Shown here: piece after piece, positions 61,701-64,000 of the stretch | How the letters are laid out: every line of letters begins with the position of its first letter | How positions within the stretch are numbered: position 1 is the stretch's first letter | Notes under the pieces: model-generated | Told to the model about the DNA's origin: nothing | What the model saw: only the letters and a program-made list of their open reading frames with translations | Databases searched by the model: none | Made by a program: the position numbers and the translations under genes | Origin: Candidatus Spongiisociaceae bacterium | Lineage (GTDB): Bacteria > Actinomycetota > Acidimicrobiia > Spongiisociales > Spongiisociaceae | Assembly: GCA_965219685.1 (NCBI GenBank) | Contig: CBDCOH010000002.1 | Location: forward strand, 96,001 to 160,000 | Direction: 5' to 3' | DNA length: 64,000 nucleotides

Positions 61701-64000
61701 CATCTATGACTTCGAGTTGGACACGCTGACATTCACGCCGGGTTCTTCCTTCGTAGGCGCCGCCACGTTCACCTTCACGGTGCACGACCAGCGCTTCGCC
61801 CCCTCGACGACCCACACGGCGACGATCAACGTCCAGGAAGACGGCGCCCGGTTTGCCGAAACGGTCCCGATCACCCGGACCATTGCGGAGAACAGCCCCG
61901 CCGGAACCGCGGTAGGTGTTGCCATCTCCGCCTCGGACCCGGATGACGACACCATCGCCTACTCGCTGACGGGCGAGGACGCGGCCGGTTTCACTATCGA
62001 CGCCGACGGCCGGATCAAGGTAGGGCAGGGGACGACGCTGGACCACGAGAGCGACAAGACCACCTACAACATGACGGTTGAGATCCACGACGGAAAGGGC
62101 CCCAGAGGCATCGGCGCCAGCACGCTGACGGACGCCTACGCCCCTCTGAAGATAACGGTAACGGATGAGAGCGAGCCTCCGCCGGCGCCCGGCGGGCTGA
62201 TCGTGATCAGCGACTCGCCGGGCACGCTCACCGCGACCTGGACCGCGCCCGACACGGGCGGGCGCCCAGCGGTGACCGGCTACGGCGTGGAGCACCGGAA
62301 GTCGGGCGAAACAGGCTGGACGTCTCGCTTGGATCCCTCAGCCGGGACCACTGATACCTCGATAACCATCGCGAACCTCACGCAGGATGCCGACTACCAC
62401 GTGCGGGTGTGGGCCGTCAACGACGAGGGCGCCGGAGGCTACGTCACCGCATCCCAGAACGTCTCCCCCACGCCGCGTTTGCTCAGCATGGCGGTCGTCT
62501 CCGATCCGGGCGACGACGGCTTCTACGGTCTCGATGAGGAGGTACGGATCCGTGCCACCTTCAACGTCAACGTCGCGGTCACGGGGCGGGACGCCGCCCA
62601 AGGACAGGCGGCCGCTTGGCCCACACTGGAGGTCGACCTCGTCAACAGCTCGTCCTCGGTCGTGATCCGAACCGCCGAACTGGACCAAGAGTCCGCCAAC
62701 GGTGACACCACGCTCGACTTCACGTTCACGCCCGTCACGGGTGACGATGGGCTGAAGGGCGTCCGTTTCCCCAGGAACGCGATATCCGTGCCGGAAGGCT
62801 CGACCATCACCGCGCTCGGCCAGAACGTGAACGTGGCCAACTTCCGGACCGCGGTGGACACCTCTCACAAAGTCGACGGCGTAGGTCCCATCGTGGCGGG
62901 GACCCCTGCGTTCTCCTCGACCCCCATCGACAGGAAGAACTACCAGTTAGGGGAGGTCGTGTCCCTGGATGTGACCTTCTCGGAAAAGGTGGAAGTCACC
63001 GGGAAGCCGTACTACCGGCTGCGGATTTCCACGGGCGGCACCCGGCAGTTCCACTACGACTCGGGTTCCGGGACCGCGACGCTGCGCTTCAGCTACACCG
63101 TGGCGGCCAGTGACCGGGGGCACTTCTCCGTCGGCTACCTACAATCGCTCTCCTCCGACGCCGAGAACCTGGTCAAGGATCTGCGCGGAAACGCGTTCGA
63201 CACCGGCATCCTGGTTGCCGTCAAAGACAGCCACCCGGCCGACGGGTCGCGGATCATCAACAGAACCCCGTCTCTGACCCTGTCCGGCCCGCTCGTCTTC
63301 ACCATTGCCGAGGGCGCCGCGCCCGGCACGGCCTTCGGCGCGGCTATCACCGCATCCGACCCGGACGGTGGCGACACCATCACCTACACACTGTCCGGCG
63401 ACGGGGCATCGTACTTCGCGGTGGACTCCGCCGGACAGTTGAGCGTAGCCGCCGGCACACTCTTGGACTTCGAAACGCTCGCCAACAACGCCGTGACCTT
63501 CAAGGTGATGATCAGCGACGGCAAGAACGTCGTGGGCAAGGCGGATGCCAGCGCCGACGACGCCTTGGATGTCACGGTGGTGGTCAGGGACCTGACCGAG
63601 GCGCCGCTGGCGCCCACCGTCCTCGCCGCCGCGCTGTCCTCCATATCCGTCCAGGTGGGGTGGACCGCGCCGGACAACACGGGCCGCCCCCCGATAACCG
63701 AGTACCAACTCAAGTACAACGCGGGTTATCCAAGGGACAAGGTTGTGGTCTTCACCGACCCCGCGACCCGGACCACCACCCTCTCCGCCTTGGCACCCGG
63801 CGAAGACGTGTCGATATCTATGAGGGCGGTGAACCGGGACGGTGACGGCGCGTGGTCTAAGCCGGTGGTGGTGAAGACGCTGGCCAACCGACCACCCACC
63901 TCCCGGAACATCAACAAGGAGGTAGTCGCCGGTGGCACCGTGGAGTTCTCGGAAGGAGATTTCCACTTCGAGGATCCCGATACCGCCCATGATCCCAGAG
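55705..64000 (+). CDS. giant secreted adhesin (FN3, Calx-beta-like, cadherin and Ig-like modules), 3' truncated, >2,760 aa
   Basis: Frame stays open to the window edge in all spot checks, and the lack of a stop explains its absence from the ORF track; GTG after ggag; signal peptide; ENSPAGT/LDYE cadherin and FN3 motifs recur. Confidence 0.9.
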   Translation, partial: MAVSVAGRWLVWVLAMVLWVSSTVPAAGDTSTSEDSVPEAANDPALPPESDSAPDSDATPEQPVPEPEKPSGLRVTTEAGSLDVGVDWDDVDGATLYLVRWRSVDAGDKLNEGVEVQLSATTITLANFGEWVVRVQACNDAGCGKPLAHKFKIEPILEPEPTPEPDPEPEPEPDPEPEPDPEPESDPDPEPESDPDPEPEPDPEPRSDPEPRSDPEPESDPEVPVSVPGKPSGLRVATETGSLDVGVDWGDVDGARRYLVRWRSVDAGDKLNAGVDVRSSGTTITVAGFGEWVVRVEACNDAGCGEARSRKFEVEPVPEHEPEPASFLPGLILTVAPDRLVEDGGKASIVVTAAWVGSVTLSEDTTVALSLSGTAEDPADYTAEVADLVIAAGAASGTTNLSVTPVDDGLAEGDETIVVTGAVDGLTLFTPIILADPLLTSVASEGTNSAPSFPGADPVFRSVPENSPAGTAVGDPVTATDADSGDTLVYSLTDTDAASFTVDSSGQIKVAEGTTLDYEQDAAYTVDVNVSDGKDADGNADTAIDDSVGVVIYVTDIKPPHAPLLTVTPSADGEGMRVDWTQQEEVGRAPVTEYDMRFRELGTFACDDTQRFASQLSFASTIRTATIPPEGTDALKPGVVYCVKVQARSVEGDSLGVSEPRMNTLPASADFAVSASPASALLLSADHFPYTDPHDTLGRVKILSLPDPAQGRLRLEAANVAINQFIEADSLNLFSFEPASTFSGGAAFRFQLEDSHGALTTAHTATIDLAVPAITEVDITSSPALNNTYVTGETAQVTVTWDQQVSWDITATGAAISLDLEVGNATRTAALVTGGDTTGSATALTFQYPIQSTDADTDGISAVADSGGNLVQLSGGASLTDASDRAAGRTYDSLPEDDSLHKVDGTKVFNHAPAFPADDTPPLARTVDENSPAGTTVGAPVVATDPDTGDILTYTLSGVDASAFTIDAAGQIKVGQDAALDYETKATLSLTVNVRDSEDTAGGPDTVTDASVEVTITVTDQPEAPRPVTGLTATAVSGYSARLDWTASDTAGLPPIDRVIIDPYHLVQERRQYLSQVVLEEERAAEVTYTVTGLVPETTYYFDVRVRNTDGLQSTIEAAQTTTIANTAPASVDFTKNTHTDTDLSFLPSDFPFVDGDAGDSLAAVRIVTLPDAAHGALKWTESGASQASVTTNQLITATDLDTLTFIPATSYTGAATFTFKVVDGAGAESTAARTATVNVQDDAPKFTGTLPLTRSVPENSAAGTRVGAPLTASDPDGDTITYSLSGADAAGFDIDATSGQVTVGKGAALDYETKNTHEVTVNIHDGKGPDGGASTVTDASATLTITVTDQIERPNPPTGFNATVLSPSSIRLDWEASDTTGLPPINHYLIRYGVASGSARATAFPDPPTAVTHTVTGLTPATTYHFEVRLSNTDGKSSPIRPSVTATTSPNLAPTSADFRAYLPAGGRDLSFSAADFQFADADSADSLKQVRIVSLPKSSDGVLKWTPSGGAETSVTTSRPIDVRALGTLVFDLADRFSGPTDSRFGPASFTFKVVDQHGAESSDSYTATIWNRAASRVVSMKITSTPAVGDTYTLGETVQVTVGFDKYVVWDVSAADADVRIQFEEGSQDTLPAASLVTGGRTTSAAREMVFEFTVAATHSSPGGLRIHPNSGLPVQKLNGATILSEHGGAAELAYSASRIPARDTNHKVGGSLLPNAAPAFGKSGPLSFSVSEDAAAGTKIGDPVSAIDPDAGDALTYSLSGTNAAFFDMDSATGQISVGSNAILDFEAAANSYNLVVKVRDGKDRYSRVDTSDDDSIGVTISLTDATEPSLPPAGMSATVLSSTSIEVEWDAPDNRGRTPASGYELFYRAGGDTNGTTVSFDGDTFTATLAGLTPGVSYHVAMRAENADGFGPWSAIEPSPTTTANAGPTSSDFTKNIAPGIDLGFSATDFEFNDVDTGDILKAVTIVTLPQAAHGVLKWKDLGVTLKTVPANQLIYDFELDTLTFTPGSSFVGAATFTFTVHDQRFAPSTTHTATINVQEDGARFAETVPITRTIAENSPAGTAVGVAISASDPDDDTIAYSLTGEDAAGFTIDADGRIKVGQGTTLDHESDKTTYNMTVEIHDGKGPRGIGASTLTDAYAPLKITVTDESEPPPAPGGLIVISDSPGTLTATWTAPDTGGRPAVTGYGVEHRKSGETGWTSRLDPSAGTTDTSITIANLTQDADYHVRVWAVNDEGAGGYVTASQNVSPTPRLLSMAVVSDPGDDGFYGLDEEVRIRATFNVNVAVTGRDAAQGQAAAWPTLEVDLVNSSSSVVIRTAELDQESANGDTTLDFTFTPVTGDDGLKGVRFPRNAISVPEGSTITALGQNVNVANFRTAVDTSHKVDGVGPIVAGTPAFSSTPIDRKNYQLGEVVSLDVTFSEKVEVTGKPYYRLRISTGGTRQFHYDSGSGTATLRFSYTVAASDRGHFSVGYLQSLSSDAENLVKDLRGNAFDTGILVAVKDSHPADGSRIINRTPSLTLSGPLVFTIAEGAAPGTAFGAAITASDPDGGDTITYTLSGDGASYFAVDSAGQLSVAAGTLLDFETLANNAVTFKVMISDGKNVVGKADASADDALDVTVVVRDLTEAPLAPTVLAAALSSISVQVGWTAPDNTGRPPITEYQLKYNAGYPRDKVVVFTDPATRTTTLSALAPGEDVSISMRAVNRDGDGAWSKPVVVKTLANRPPTSRNINKEVVAGGTVEFSEGDFHFEDPDTAHDPR
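56176..56370 (+). repeat. tandem coding repeat (PEPDPE linker)
   Basis: Recurrent 18-24 nt units cctgatcccgagccggag(tcggat). Confidence 0.9.

Noticed and set aside
1-64000. tRNA/rRNA genes or an island integrase
   Set aside because: None recognised by eye; tRNAscan/Infernal would be needed to exclude them

Overview
High-GC bacterial window, probably Actinomycetota. An Acidimicrobiia-like, possibly host-associated lineage is inferred only from gene style. The first ~36 kb is a defence island and mobile-element graveyard. Its centrepiece is a translationally coupled minus-strand operon: 38-aa basic peptide (absent from the ORF track), CD-NTase (cGAS/DncV-like), stand-alone E2-like protein, single-TM protein, hsdM, hsdS, and an hsdR fused to a C-terminal Schlafen/AlbA_2 domain. 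A divergent XRE-ImmA/IrrE regulator and a TIR gene lie next to it. The island also holds an AbiE-like pair, an ISL3 containing a group II intron that itself contains a MITE, an AT-rich soluble + membrane gene pair, an ApeA-like HEPN gene, and a dead type II R-M system. The methylase of that R-M system is split by an IS110 whose bridge-RNA guides can be read from the sequence. The rest (36-64 kb) is mostly intact: hydantoinase/oxoprolinase and amine oxidase genes, a TA cassette between 74-bp direct repeats, lipoproteins, ctaA/ctaB, a hybrid sensor kinase-regulator, MarR, and a >2,760-aa FN3/cadherin adhesin running off the window. All family calls come from motif recognition by eye; no database searches were run.
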